From positions 47,452-111,451 of the forward strand of contig NIVC01003206.1 of NCBI GenBank assembly GCA_002269645.1: a stretch of DNA of 64,000 nucleotides, given 5' to 3'. Below the pieces are notes generated by a model. The model saw nothing but the letters and a program-made list of their open reading frames with translations, was not told the DNA's origin and made no database searches. Origin of the DNA: Macrostomum lignano (taxonomy: Eukaryota). Every line of letters starts with the position of its first letter. Positions within the stretch are counted from its first letter, which is position 1. This document shows, piece after piece, positions 26,101-43,204 of the stretch. A program made the position numbers and the translations under genes.

Positions 26101-26619
26101 CGAGTCAAATGATGACTGTCGAAGCTTTTGCTAGAGGCTGCGGATGAAGACAAATTTCAACACTCGCAACAGAGACAACAGTTTTTTCTAAGAAATCAAC
26201 AGAAACCTTTGATCCTGTTTGCCAGATTAGTTACAAGATGTTCCGGAGAATCGCTGCAGATTAAATTTTATTTCTAGAAAAGGGAGAAAAATTGTTGCGG
26301 AGGTTTACATGTGCGTAGTACGACCTCCATTTGAGATGTTTTGTTAGTTGTGCCCTGTGGAGGCTTCTTTTAGTAGATGAATCAAAAAAGTTCAAGAGCA
26401 GACCTGCAAACTATTTTCTGTGCCTCATTGGGCACTTTACAGCCGCTTTCGGGATGCAGTCTGAAGTCATTGGAGCCCCGAAAGTGTCTGACAACTTGAT
26501 GAAACCGCTTTTCATTAATATTAGCGTGCGGAACTTTTAGCATGTAGTTAACAGGGGCGCAGATTAATTAAACAAACCAGGGGAGCAGTCAGCATTTTTT
26601 TTATTAGGGGGCGGGGCGC

Positions 26620-27080
26620 AATCTTGGAGGCGTCAACTTGGGTGGCGTCATTTTGGGTGGTGCCATCTTTTGGGCGCCAGCTCATGGCGCTATTTTGGCG
26701 GCGCAATCTTGGCTGGTGTCACCTGGGACGCCATCTTGGTGGCGCCATCGTGACGGCGTCATCTTGGGGCGCCATCTTGAGGGCGCCATCTTCTGGGCGT
26801 CGTCTTGGGTGGCGTCACCTGGGGCGCCATCTTGGGGGCGCCATCTTAGGTGACGTCACTTGGGGGCGTCATCTTAGGGGGCGTCATTTTGGGTGGCGTC
26901 ATCTTGGGTGGCGTCTCTTGTGGGCGACATCTTGGGGGGGGCGATATTTTAAGGGCGCCATCTTGACGGCGCAATCTTGAGGCACCATCTTGGGTGGCGC
27001 CATCTTGGGGGGGGGCGCCATCTTCTGGGCGTCATCTTTGAAGGGGGGGGGCAAATCAGCAGGCTTGATGGCGCCATCAT
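26620..27080. repeat. Degenerate array of ~13-15-bp GGCGCCATCTTGGG-like units (YY1/Pho-type motifs)
   Basis: About 9 exact GCCATCTT plus many GCGTCATCTT and GCGCAATCTT variants. Confidence 0.8.
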
Positions 27081-28084
27081 TTTTACCAGCCCACCCTGAC
27101 TACGCTCGTAATAAACATAAAAAGAGGCCTAATTAAAATTCGAAACCAACTGCAAAAGTTTTTATCACCTACCTGCCTAAATCATGCTAATTAAACTTTT
27201 TTGACTCCAGAGAGCCAAGGACCACTTAAAATTAGAAAGACTTATGAATAATTGGTTTGTTGGAATTTATTTGAAGGCTCAATAAATTGTCGAGTTAAGA
27301 AATTTTCTTATTTTAAACGTTAAACTTGTTGGATTGCAATACCATGTAAGGAAAAAAGTTATTGCTTTCGATAACAAATTCGTTTTCAGTAGATTCCGGT
27401 ATGCCTAGAAACGCAATATCCTGTCCGACCACTTACAGTGGTCCTTGGCAACTGTGTGCATAGCTCCTAAGCACTACGACTATTGATATTGTAGTGTTTG
27501 CGGTCTGCATTGACAAGTAACTCGTAGCTAGAGATCGCAACCGTAGCAACTTTGATACTCAATAATTGAGCACAATACTTGCCGATGCAGCTGATTTTTC
27601 CCTCTATCTGGGAGTTTCCCACGCCATCGGAAATTAATAAATCATATCGAATCCCCAGAGGCTTGGCCTTACTCTGTGTGCAATAATTTTCCAACGATTG
27701 GTTTCAATAAATATGAGTGCAATGTTCAATTTACACTACTAACAAACTAATAACAAGTAGTACTACAAGATTTAAACAAAATGGAGCAATGCAGGAACAC
27801 AAAACTGCGGCAGTGGCATTCTTATAGAAATTGAAAGAGACCGTCTACTGAAAGTAGCAAGGAGGAAATTTAAAGCGAGCGTCTTAGTAGTGTCTGCAGA
27901 AATTTTATGCTACTCCTGCTACTTAATATAACTTTGAACTCGAGTGCCCACTGCAGGTGAAAGGCCTTTGGCTCTTTAGCTCAGCAATACACGAAATACT
28001 CTTTTTTGAATGATTTTTACAAAGGGTTGAATTTTGTTTTACTCTTTAAAAATAGACGGTCGCACGCCGCATCATCCGCACTGA

Positions 28085-28861
28085 GTCGCACAGTCCACAG
28101 TCACACTGTCACAGTCTCACCGTCCACAGTCTCACCGTCCACAGTCTCACCGTCCACAGTCTCACTGTCCACAGTCTCACTGTCCACAGTCTCACTGTCC
28201 ACAGTCTCACTGTCACAGTCTCACTGTCCACAGTCTCACTGTCCACAGTCGCACAGTCCACAGTCACACTGTCACAGTCTCACCGTCCACAGTCTCACCG
28301 TCCACAGTCTCACCGTCCACAGTCTCACTGTCCACACGTCCACAGTCTCACTGTCCACAGTCTCACTATCCACAGTCTCACTATCCACAGTCTCACTGTC
28401 CACAGTCTCACTGTCCACACGTCCACAGTCTCACTGTCCACAGTCTCACTATCCACAGTCTCACTGTCCACAGTCACACTCTCCACAGTCTCACTGTCCA
28501 CAGTCTCACTGTCCACAGTCTCACTATCCATAGTCTCACTATCCATAGTCTCACTGTCCACAGTCTCACTGTCCACAGTCTCACTGTCCACAGTCTCACT
28601 GTCCACAGTCTCACTGTCCACAGTCTTACCGTCCACAGTCTCACTGTCCACAGTCTCACCGTCCACAGTCTCACTGTCCACAGTCTCACTGTCCACAGTC
28701 TCACTGTCCACAGTCTCACTGTCACAGTCTCACTGTCCACAGTCGCACTGTCCACAGTCTCACTGTCACAGTCTCACTGTCCACAGTCTCACTGTCCACA
28801 GTCGCACTGTCCACAGTCTCACTGTCACAGTCTCACTGTCCACAGTCTCACTGTTCCACAG
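28085..28861 (+). repeat. Minisatellite, 15-bp unit CCACAGTCTCACTGT, ~50 copies
   Basis: Directly visible tandem units; source of spurious ORFs. Confidence 0.95.
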
Positions 28862-29226
28862 TTCTACTTGAGTAGTCCCTGGCATGGCGCATACTGGATG
28901 GAGCCGCAGTCCAGAAGGTCAGAAAACTGCCGGTTTAGTGCTGAACAGCTAAATACTGTAGTTCACTGGATCACCAGAATCAGCATTGCCGGCAGTTTAG
29001 CGGTTCTCAAGCAGACAATCAAGTCTGCCGCAGAAGCCAATGCTAGTGCGAGACAAGTCTCACTTCATTGCCATTGGACAGAATTAAAGGTGCGAGTATG
29101 AAAAAACGGAGCGCGTTTGAGCACAAAAATTATAAAAGAAACACGCGGAAACCCTTGCTGAGTAACTTACACCGAATTAAAGCGAGCCTCCTGGATCACA
29201 GAATCTGACAGACTGCAGCATCGGCA

Positions 29227-33287
<4,061 letters not shown>

Positions 33288-34229
33288 GTAAGTGAGGATG
33301 AGCAATATGTGCAAGTGGGCGATTTCAGGTGCGTATAGGAGAGGTGAGAGACAGATATGGGGTTACTCTGATAACAGAGATGCGACTGTATTTTGGATCC
33401 AAATTTGGATTTAGCAGTGTCGATTTCGGATACTACAATTCAAGTAAGAGATGGACTGTGGTAGAGACCCAATTAAGAGACATGTTATTCTGCGATTGCA
33501 AGCTTCTTGGGCTTCTAAACTTATCAAAGTAATTTCAGCTGCCTTTATTTTTATAAAATAGCTTAGGTATTCTTCTTTGCTACTGAACTGAAAGTAGAAA
33601 GCTGTTTTGCTAAGTATACGAGTATATAGCAATCTGCTAAAAATCAAGCCTTTCGACCATAGACGTCGTTCAGAAACCTCTTGTCCGACTGCTAAGCTCG
33701 TGAAGCAAAAAGTTCACAGCAGCTACCGGTACAATAAATAGCAGTTAGCAGTGCTTCATGAAATTGGTCGCAGTCTACGTCCAGAGGCTACTGACTGAAC
33801 TTTGACGTTGTCAGCGACGGAGTGGGTTTAGAAGTTTTTTTCTTTACCAGTTTTTGGCTCACTGTCCTCTACAGCAAGAATAAGGAGTGACACTTGTTCG
33901 CAAACCGCATTGTTTTTAAAGGACCAACTATTTGGCGGCAGCACCAAGTGGCAGACGCATCGACCAGCACTTTGGACAATAACTCGGACGGATTCGAGGC
34001 AGGTGGTGACGCCCACGACACAGCTGACCACTAATGCGACTAACACGAGATAATCAGACAATAATTGTGCAATACGACAGCCCACTTGACTTGCAGTTGC
34101 TAAGAGCTGCGAGTGTTCGTTACTCACAAAATAAACACACGACTTAAGACTTCAGTGTATTCCAGATCTAATCTATTAAGCAAGTCATTCATTCGTGCTT
34201 CATCCTTGGCTTGGGGCAATGAGGCTGGA

Positions 34230-35290
34230 GATGGGGAATCGAATGAAGAGTATGAATGGGCAATCAAAAGGCAAGGAGTCTGGATGGGAAATCGAATGAC
34301 GAGTCTGGATGGAGAATCGAATGACGAGTCTGGATGGGGAATCGAATGACGAGTCTGGATGGGGAATCGAATGACAAATCTGGATAGGGAATCGAATGGC
34401 GAAGAGTCTGGATGAGGAAACAAACGGTGACGAGTCTGGATGGGGAATCGAAGGGTGAGGAGTCTGAATGGGGAATCGAAGGGCGAGGGGTCTGGATTGG
34501 GTAATCGAACGGCGAGGAGTCTGGATGGGGAATCGAATGGCGAGGAGTCTAAGTGGGTGATCGAATGGCGAGGAGTCTGGGTGGGTTAATCGAATGGCGA
34601 GGAGTCTGGATTGAAAATCAAATGGCGAGGAGTCTGGATTGGGAATCAAATGGCGAGGAGTCTGGATGGGGAATCGAAGGGCGAGGAGTCTGGATGGGGA
34701 ATCGAATGGCGAGGAGTCTGGATTGGGAATCGAATGGCGAGTAGTCTGGGTGGGTAATCGAATGAAGAGGAGTCTGGATGGGGAATCGAATGACGAGTCT
34801 GGATGGGGAATCGAATGACGAGTCTGGATGGGGAATCGAATGACGAGTCTGGATGGGGAATCGAATGACGAGTCTGGATGGGGAATCGAAGGGCGAGGAG
34901 TCTGGATGGGGAATCGAATGGCGAGGAGTCTGGATTGGGAATCGAATGGCGAGTAGTCTGGGTGGGTAATCGAATGAAGAGGAGTCTGGATGGGGAATCG
35001 AATGACGAGTCTGGATGGGGAATCGAATGACGAGTCTGGATGGGGAATCGAATGACGAGTCTGGATGGGGAATCGAATGGCGAGGAGTCTGGATGGGGAA
35101 TGGAATGAAGAGTCTGGATGGGGAATCGAATGGCGAGGAGTCTGGATGGGGAATCGAAGGGCGAGTCTGGAAGGGAAATCGAATGGCGAGGAGTCTTGGT
35201 TGGTAATCGAATGAAGAGGAGTCTGGATGGGGAATCGAATGAAGAGTCTGGATGGGGAATCAAAGGGCGAATCTGGATGGGGATTCGAAG
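34230..35290. repeat. Minisatellite, 24-27-bp unit GAGTCTGGATGGGGAATCGAATGAC/GGCGAG
   Basis: Directly visible tandem units. Confidence 0.95.
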
Positions 35291-36087
35291 GGCGATTCTT
35301 CAAAGGGAAAAACGAAATAAAGAATAAACGAAGCAAGCGCCATTTAATTTCAGTTTAACGGCACACTGGAAACAGCAGCAGCAGTTAAACTTGGTGTACA
35401 ACTGAAGCAGGAACAATAGCCTCATTAATATTGTATTTCTGTTGTAAAACCAAGGTTTAATAATGGAAGAGTGCTCATGAGTGTATAGGTAGTGACAGAA
35501 GTAATGTGAAAATGTAGTGAGCTAAATAGTGAACAATCAAACACACAGAACAGGCACTGCCTCTGGACGCATTGGCACTGCAAAATCAGCTTTGAAAAAT
35601 GTCCAGTAAAACAAGTTGCGCGAATTCGAATGACCCAAACAAGCTCATTAACAGCTTACTACTCTCGAGAGTAGCCAAAATAGCATTTAAATAGTCTTTG
35701 TGCGTAAACAGAAAAACTCGATTACAATTATCTAGCACCAATTGGAGAGAGTCGAGAGCAAATATAAAAAAGCAATAAATAACTTGCACAAACTTCTCCA
35801 GCATTTATTGAGTATCAGTTGAAATAAAACTTTTAAAATTTTATGCAAAAATGCCCTACAAAATAACAGCAATAGGAGCTGCTCGGTAAGCCTAAACTGT
35901 AAAAGAAACAGATATACACAAATAGATAAAAAATGGCTTCAAAGGAGCATTCTAACTGCTGTTTAAAATATTTCCGGTCGGAACTTGAAGAGCTAAAAAC
36001 TTTCTGAGAGTTACAAGCCAAAAACATGCATTTTTAATGATTGATCTACCACTCAGCTCAGCATCTCAAGTCACTCGTAGTTACGTA

Positions 36088-38768
36088 TTAAACGTTAACG
36101 GTTGACGCGCCCGATTCTTCCTGCGACTTGGAGCCGCCACCGCAGTCGCAGGACCGGCAGAAGATGACAAAACCCAGCGCCACCAGGGCCAGGCCCAGCA
36201 CAGAGCCGGCCGAGGCTGCCGCAATTTCGCTGCGCGTTGGCGGGAAATCTCGGTACACCACTGCGGGATGTGGGCGCACAGGGATTACGCTGGTGCTACT
36301 GGTTCTGGATTGCTAATCCCCTGGTTCTGGACTGCTAATCCCTGGTTCTGGATTGCTAATCCCCTGGTTCTGGATTGCTAATCCACTACTTCTGGATTGC
36401 TAATCCCCTGGTTCTGGATTGCTAATCCCTGGTTCTGGATTGCTAATCCCTGGTTCTGGATTGCTTATCCCTGGTTCTGGACTGCTAATCCCCTGGTTCT
36501 GGATTGCTTATCCCTGGTTCTGGACTGCTAATCCCTGGTTCTGGATTGCTAATCCCCTGGTTCTGGATTGCTAATCCCCTGGTTCTGGATTGCTAATCCA
36601 CTGCTTCTGGATTGCTAATCCCTGGTTCTGGATTGCTAATCCCTGGTTCTGGACTGCTAATCCCCTGGTTCTGGATTGCTTATCCCTGGTTCTGGACTGC
36701 TAATCCCTGGTTCTGGACTGCTAATCCACTGCTTCTGGATTGCTAATCCCTGGTTCTGGATTGCTAATCCCTGGTTCTGGACTGCTAATACCCTGGTTCT
36801 GGATTGCTTATCCCTGGTTCTGGACTGCTAATCCCTGGTTCTGGACTGCTAATCCCCTGGTTCTGGATTGCTAATCCCTGGTTCCGGATTGCTAATCCCC
36901 TGGTTCTGGATTGCTAATTCACTGCTTCTGGATTGCTAATCCCTGGTTCTGGATTGCTAATCCCCTGGTTCTGGATTGCTAATCCCTGGTTCTGGACTGC
37001 TAATCCCCTGGTTCTGGATTGCTAATCCCTGGTTCTGAACTGCTAATCCCCTGGTTCTAGATTGCTAATCCCCTAGTTCTGGATTGCTAATCCCTGGTTC
37101 TGGACTGCTAATCCCCTGGTTCTGGACTGCTAATCCCCTGGTTCTGGATTGCTAATCCCCTGGTTCTGGATTGCCGAGCCCAGCCAGAGGTTCAGCGCGC
37201 AACTCACTTGGACAGTGAACAAACAGCTCCATCAGATCGGACTCAGTCTGACAATAAAACCGAGTCCTGCCATCCAGTGCCAGCTGGGAGCAATTATCCA
37301 TCCGGACGGTGACTTCGGTCCAGGTGATCCAACTAACCGAATCGTTGGCCGAGGAGGCCCGACAGCCAGCGTCGCAGTGGCCGACCCGGGTGTCCGAGAC
37401 GGACTCCAACAGGAGGTCCGGCGACTGGAGAGCCTCGACGTCGAACGACAGGCCGGAAGGCGGCAGCCCAATTCGATCCAAGCGTTGGAAGCCGACGCGA
37501 ACCGGCGGCCGGCGGGAGGCGGCGGAGACCGCGGCGCCGCAGCTGGTCCTGCAGGTGAGGGTCAGGCCGTCCGACCGGCCGAGGCGGAGGGGGGAGCGGC
37601 GGCTGCCGCTGCTGCTGTTAGACCGAGGACCCACCTTGGAGGGAGCACCGGTAACCTCGGCCGAGGCCGTGGAGGCGGCCACGAATGACTCGACTCGGCG
37701 GGGCGGAGCTGTGGTGGCGTCGGGGTCCAAACTCAGGATGCCAAATTGAAAACCAGGATTTTAGCTGGCTACCCCTTAATACTGCTAAGCCTCTGAACCA
37801 CAGAAGCAACAAGTTACAGCAGACTCCATGTTTACAGACTAGAATTTGCACACCTAGTTAACGCTTGATTTTTGTGTGACAGACGCCCAATACTTGACAA
37901 CACTTATATTTGTACCCAAACTGCATACAGAAACTGTTGCGCATTCAAGACGATTGAGAAGCGCTTGTAAAACGATTTTACGACGATTGTCAATCATCCC
38001 TATCGATTGTAAATCATCTCTATCGATTGTAAATCATCTCTATCGATTGTAAATCATCCCTATCGATTGTAAATCATCTCTATCGATTGTAAATCATCTC
38101 TATCGATTGTAAATCATCTCTATCGATTGTAAATCATCCCTATCGATTGTAAATCATCTCTATCGATTGTAAATCATCCCTATCGATTGTAAATCGTCCC
38201 TATCCATTGTCAATCATCTCTATCGATTGTTAATCACTCAAAACGCTTGAAAAACAATTGAAATAAAGGCTATGTTTTTGTCGAATCTGTGAAATGGCAC
38301 TTGGCACGACTTGAAATTTTTTTAAATGAGCAAATTTTCAGAAGCAAACTCACCAGTAGCATTGAGTAATACATTGAAGGCAGCATTGACAGAGTGGCAG
38401 GAATATTCGGCCAGGTCAGACCAAGTCACATGATTGATTCGCATAATAAACACAGTGGAGTTCTTTGGAGCATCATTCATAACAAAGGTATGCTTGTTTG
38501 AAGTTGAATACGAGATTCCATTTTCGGCTAATATAGTGTTGCCTTTGCTCCACATCACAGCAAATATGCGTGTTGTAGTGCTATTGTCTATCATAGTGAC
38601 CCGGCACTCAATTTCAACAAATGGATCATTTAAACAGACAGAATCAGTTAATATTTTAGCTGATAGAGTGAAGTTTCCCAGGCGATCTAAAGCAGAGGAT
38701 CCCAAAGTGATTGGGGGCAGCAGGAGGATATATGCTGCCAGTAGAAAGCAGCAATTCATAAGAAACAT
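36088..38768 (-). CDS. Type I membrane protein with signal peptide, two Ig-like domains, TM helix and short tail. Exons ~38768-38354, ~37708-37208, 36260-36088
   Basis: MFLMNCCFLLAAYILLLPP signal; V-set pattern VEIECRV..VMWSK..MRINHVTWSDLAEYSC; second domain LTLTC...RFYCQ; TM GSVLGLALVALGFVIFC. GTGAGT donors at 38353 and 37207 are both phase 1, matching acceptors at 37709 and 36261. Confidence 0.7.
36298..37173. repeat. Intronic minisatellite, 22-23-bp unit CTGGTTCTGGATTGCTAATCCC(C), ~38 copies
   Basis: Fills almost all of the last intron of the Ig gene. Confidence 0.95.
37985..38235. repeat. Intronic minisatellite, 20-bp unit TATCGATTGTAAATCATCYC, ~12 copies
   Basis: Directly visible tandem units. 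Confidence 0.95.
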
Positions 38769-39827
38769 TGGCTGGAATGAAAAAAACATTAAATACATAT
38801 TTTTTGATCTAATTAATACATAATTAAAGTGGTGTACTTATAACCAATTGTCTTGTTTGCTTGAATTTTTATCTAGTACACATTTTATAAACCAAAATGT
38901 TTTAAAAAGCATTTATTTGATTTGAAAAGTTTTGTTTTTTGTTAGATAATTCGTATCTTGAATTTTCAGTCAAAACTAGGCTAAGTTGCATGGCCAATGC
39001 AATTTCAAAATAGCAAATTAGCAATATTGCTTTAGCCTACAATAACAAAATATGCATTCAGCATCATAGGATGCACCTCAAGGCTAGGTTGCAAATGAAT
39101 GCCAAGCCACTATTATAAATATAAGAATGATAGGCCTAGTGCTCACAATTGCTATACTTATGTGATAAACTATTTATAAACTATAGTGACAAACTATTTT
39201 TTATTATATAGGCATATAAGCCCCCAATTCTAAGATCCAAATATTGGACTAGCCCTATTAGAAAAAGTTGCAAAATGGCAGGCAGATGTCCAGTGCATTT
39301 TCAAAATGACCCTATGGCGCAGTGCATTTTTGAGATGGCACTTGGCTTAGTACAGGGCAGGGCAGCACAATGCAACACTTGGCAAGATACTTGGAATCTA
39401 TGTCAAAAGGCCATACACAGAATGGCTTGAATGTCAAAAGTTAAAAGTTATTTGGTATGCTCCACTTAGCAGTGCTATATTGTTGGTATGCCACCATTGC
39501 CAGAGCAATGCAGAGTGTCTAAAGGATACCAGTCATTTTGGCAAAAGGCCATTCACCCAAATGTATTTTTAAAAAGTTATTTCAGCAAAAAGCTTACTCA
39601 ATCAATCAATCAACTGGCACAAAATTCTGTGCCAATTTCACCCAGTGTATGGCTAATGGCTAACCTTGAGAGTTTTACTAAAAATAGATGTCACTTAGTG
39701 TAGACATATATAATTTGCTTAAGAATTCCAAAACAGCCAGCACATACAATATGCCAACAAAATTCTTAAAATGCTATCACTATTGTTATCTCACTACTGC
39801 TTGATTTTTAACTGATCCAATCCTGAA

Positions 39828-40379
39828 ATGGAGTCACAGTGCCCAATCTGCTCATGTAAAGTAACTGCATGTCAGTTTGCACTTCAATGTGACAAATGCC
39901 AGCAATGGTATCACCTAAGGTGTAACACAGGCATGTCTGACAGAAGGTACTGCAATCTTATGGCATCAGGTGAAGACTTTGAATAGAAGTGCTGCAGCTG
40001 CATTGTATCAGGAGTAGTCGAGGAGGTTGTTGTTGAGCAGGTCACCAAAGCAGCAGCATTAGTAGCAGCTGAGGTTGTTGTCAAGCAGGAGGTCACCGAA
40101 GCAATAGCATTAGTAGCGGCTAAGGTCGCCAAAGCACTACCTGCAATAGTAGTTGTTCCAGGGCAAGGCAGTGGCCATGTCTTCATAGAAATGGCACATG
40201 TCTCTATCACAGAAGAGGATGGCTTCAATTTGGAGGAAGACATCCAGCTGCCATTTCTAGTAGCAGCTGTCTATGTCAGCTACCCATCCATAGCTTGTCA
40301 AGGTTTCTATGGAGGAGAAGCCAGGATTCAAGGTACTGGAGGAGTCTTCAATGAGGAAGAAGGCCACCTTGGTTATTGA
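39828..40379 (+). pseudogene. PHD-finger ORF remnant, probably transposon-derived, with a premature TAG
   Basis: MESQCPICSCK...LQCDKCQQWYHLRC...DFE*KCCSC. TAG at 39984-39986 replaces the conserved Trp, and the frame stays open to 40379. Confidence 0.75.
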
Positions 40380-41339
40380 CAATAAGTTCACCTATGTGAA
40401 GTCCAGGCATTACAACAACAAGGCAACTGGAGAGCACATAGTATATGCTCTCTATTATAAGTATTCTTATAATGTTACATAGCTTTTATTTGATCTTGCA
40501 TTGCTCTGTTATACAATAGTGATTGTGTGTTTTGTTTGTGTTGTTTGTTACTATGACTTACTTGAAATGTATGTCTAATTTTCAAGGTTCTTCATTTTTA
40601 CCTAATTATTAAACCATTAATTTAGTATTACACTAAATATTTTTTTATAAATCAAAGTTAAGTTCTTTTGTCTTTACAAATTTTTGTATATTCAAAAAAC
40701 CACAAATAACAACTGATAAACAAATAGTTAATACACTATAACTATATCGTGCCTTCTAAACGTGGTGAAAACTTTTTGCCAAAATGATCATCTAAATGAT
40801 CTATCTAAAAAGATCTTTGTTATTGCAATGCCTCTTGCCAGTCTTGGGCACTTTGAATTTTAAAATGTTCAATTTATTTTTATTTTTTTAAAACATTGCA
40901 TAGGCCAGGGCCCAAAATTAGTACAATATATAATCAGGCACAAAGCCAGAAAAAAGTTGAGAAGGTGGAGCCTTACTTCCTCAAGTTTACAACCTAACCT
41001 TGACAACTTCAACAATGCAAAATTTTTAGCTTATGCCTAATTGTCACATTGTGTAGGGCCTAGTTTTAAGATTTTGAAAATACAAGTGAATTGTGACTGA
41101 CCATGCTGGCATGACTAATAAAATTTTTGACGATATGAAGTTTTGAGCTTGTGAAATGTCGATCTTTTGTCGTTTTGAAGTTTACTGACTTAGACTGTAA
41201 AATTGAATCAGTCATGCAGCATGCCCCTGCCAGGAGCCAACAGCCAATAGTCCATGGATGTTATTAAAGCTGCGGGCTGATGACTACAGAGAATTCACTT
41301 TGTGTTTGTGCTGGTGGGCCTTACCTCTGTGTGGTGGAC

Positions 41340-42990
41340 GGATATTTCGTCAAAAACCTTTTCGCCGAAAGCATTTTCATCAAACGGCGGAAAGTAGATC
41401 TGTGTGCATGATTTCACAGTTCAATTGAAATACATATTTCGGATACGTGACACGTGTATATGATGATCTGCAGACTCTATTAGTAATAGTCCTACTAGGC
41501 CTATATAAACTCGATTCCTCAATTTTGAGCTCGGGGGGGCTTTGTTTGGCGGTTCATGGTCCTGGTGGGTTCCGGTTAGTAGTAGTAGTAGTAGTAAGAA
41601 TTTGGCTCAGGCAATTAGCCTGTTTGGCCAATATATTTTAGAGCTATGTATTTGGAAAAAATTTCGAAATAGAAGTTTATAAAGACTATTTGACGAGTTA
41701 TTGTAAAAGATAAAGTATTTGAAAGCGCGCCAGAATTTTTACGGTATTTTTGGACGACAAGTGACGACTAACAACTAACAACGAGTATAAATATCAATAC
41801 AAAAATGAGTACGAATTACGAGGTATAGCTTTAATTGCGAGATTATTTTGACTACGATAAGGTGCGAATAAAGTTCGAACGAAAAATCCAAAAGAGAAAA
41901 AAGGTTAATTTTAAGGTTAATTTAAGGTTTAATTTAAAAGGTTAAGGTTAATTCGTTCGTTTCAACCGTTCAAATCGGTGCGGTTTCGACGATTCAAACA
42001 AACTTAAGCCGATACGGGAAACTTCAAAATAAGCTAATTTGTCGAGAATGTAGTAGTAGTAGTAGTAGTAGTATAGTAGTAGTTCGCTGCCACCACCACG
42101 GTTACACGCGGGAAAAGCTCTAAAGCTCAAAACTAGCTCGAGTTTGCTCTAGGACTTCTCTTGAGACCGCTCAAGAGAGGTTCAAATAAAGCTTCCGAGG
42201 TCACGAAGGCTAAGACACCGTTTCAACACAAGATTAAATTGGCTGGCGTATTGAAGGGCAAGAAACTGAATACATATTATTATTGTACCAACACGGAATT
42301 CGAGCACGCAACTATAAGCAAGTTCGCTATTGTCAAATTAGTAGCAACTTAAATTGATGGGTTGGACGAGGAGCTGGTCGGATCGGGATGCTGGGCTTGC
42401 AGGTAGGGTCCCTCGTATTTGGGCTGCAAAAGAGTCTGCTAAGGTCCTAACGGTCGGGGTAGGGTCCAAACGAGAGTCTAGCCGGCAGAGGAGGGGCGCA
42501 GACTCTAAATACGCTCTCATGAGCCACCGAGAAGAAAGGGGGGTTTACCCCGGGTGGGACAGGAGAGACACACAGCGGAAAAGGGGGCGGTACACCGGGC
42601 GGTAACGACAAAACACCAGCGGGTACAGGCAGCGGGAAGAAAGGTTACATTAAGAGTAAAATTTCGATGACGTCAGGATGGCGAAAATACCGAGTGAGTA
42701 ATTCCGCACAGTGACATACATCGGGTGGGGCGGACAAGTGGCGGCCTCGCCTGCCACAGTTTCCTCTGTACGGCAAATGTGGTCGTTGTTTCTTATAAAC
42801 ATTTTCTTAAACAACAAGTAAAGTTTTTTCGGTATTTTTTTTGACTTCTAAGAGAAGCGTTAAGAAAATAAACCATTTTTTCAGTTTAACTGTCAAAACA
42901 ACATGCACATCTACTTTTTGCCCTCTGACGAAATGACCAAAGACTGTTTGACGAAAAGGCTTTTGACGAAAATGTTTACGAAGAAAAGTC
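41340..42990. mobile_element. Possible non-autonomous DNA transposon bounded by ~90-bp imperfect inverted repeats
   Basis: 41343-41430 (tttcgtcaaaaaccttttcg...aaagtagat...cacagttcaattgaaa) resembles the reverse complement of 42883-42975. No TSD was resolved. Confidence 0.4.
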
Positions 42991-43204
42991 CTGTAAAGGA
43001 TAACAAAAGCAACGTATATACAGGACGCGACACTCACGTTTCATTGAGAAAGTTTTGAAGGCCACTTTTCGCCGAAAAATACACTACGGAGATTAAGAAC
43101 TCTGTGTCCATTTTTGATTCTACGTACATTTACACGTACAAAAAAATTACAAAAATGCATGACACAGCTCAAATCTTTAGTTTTATGAATCTATTTAACA
43201 TCTC

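Noticed and set aside
33851-34053. Candidate last Vsx exon after the acceptor at 33850
   Set aside because: Phase compatible, but it lacks the expected CVC continuation (APWLLGMH-like), so it is unsupported.
34200-35336. 378-aa PHPDSS-repeat ORF
   Set aside because: Translation of a minisatellite with no domain signal.
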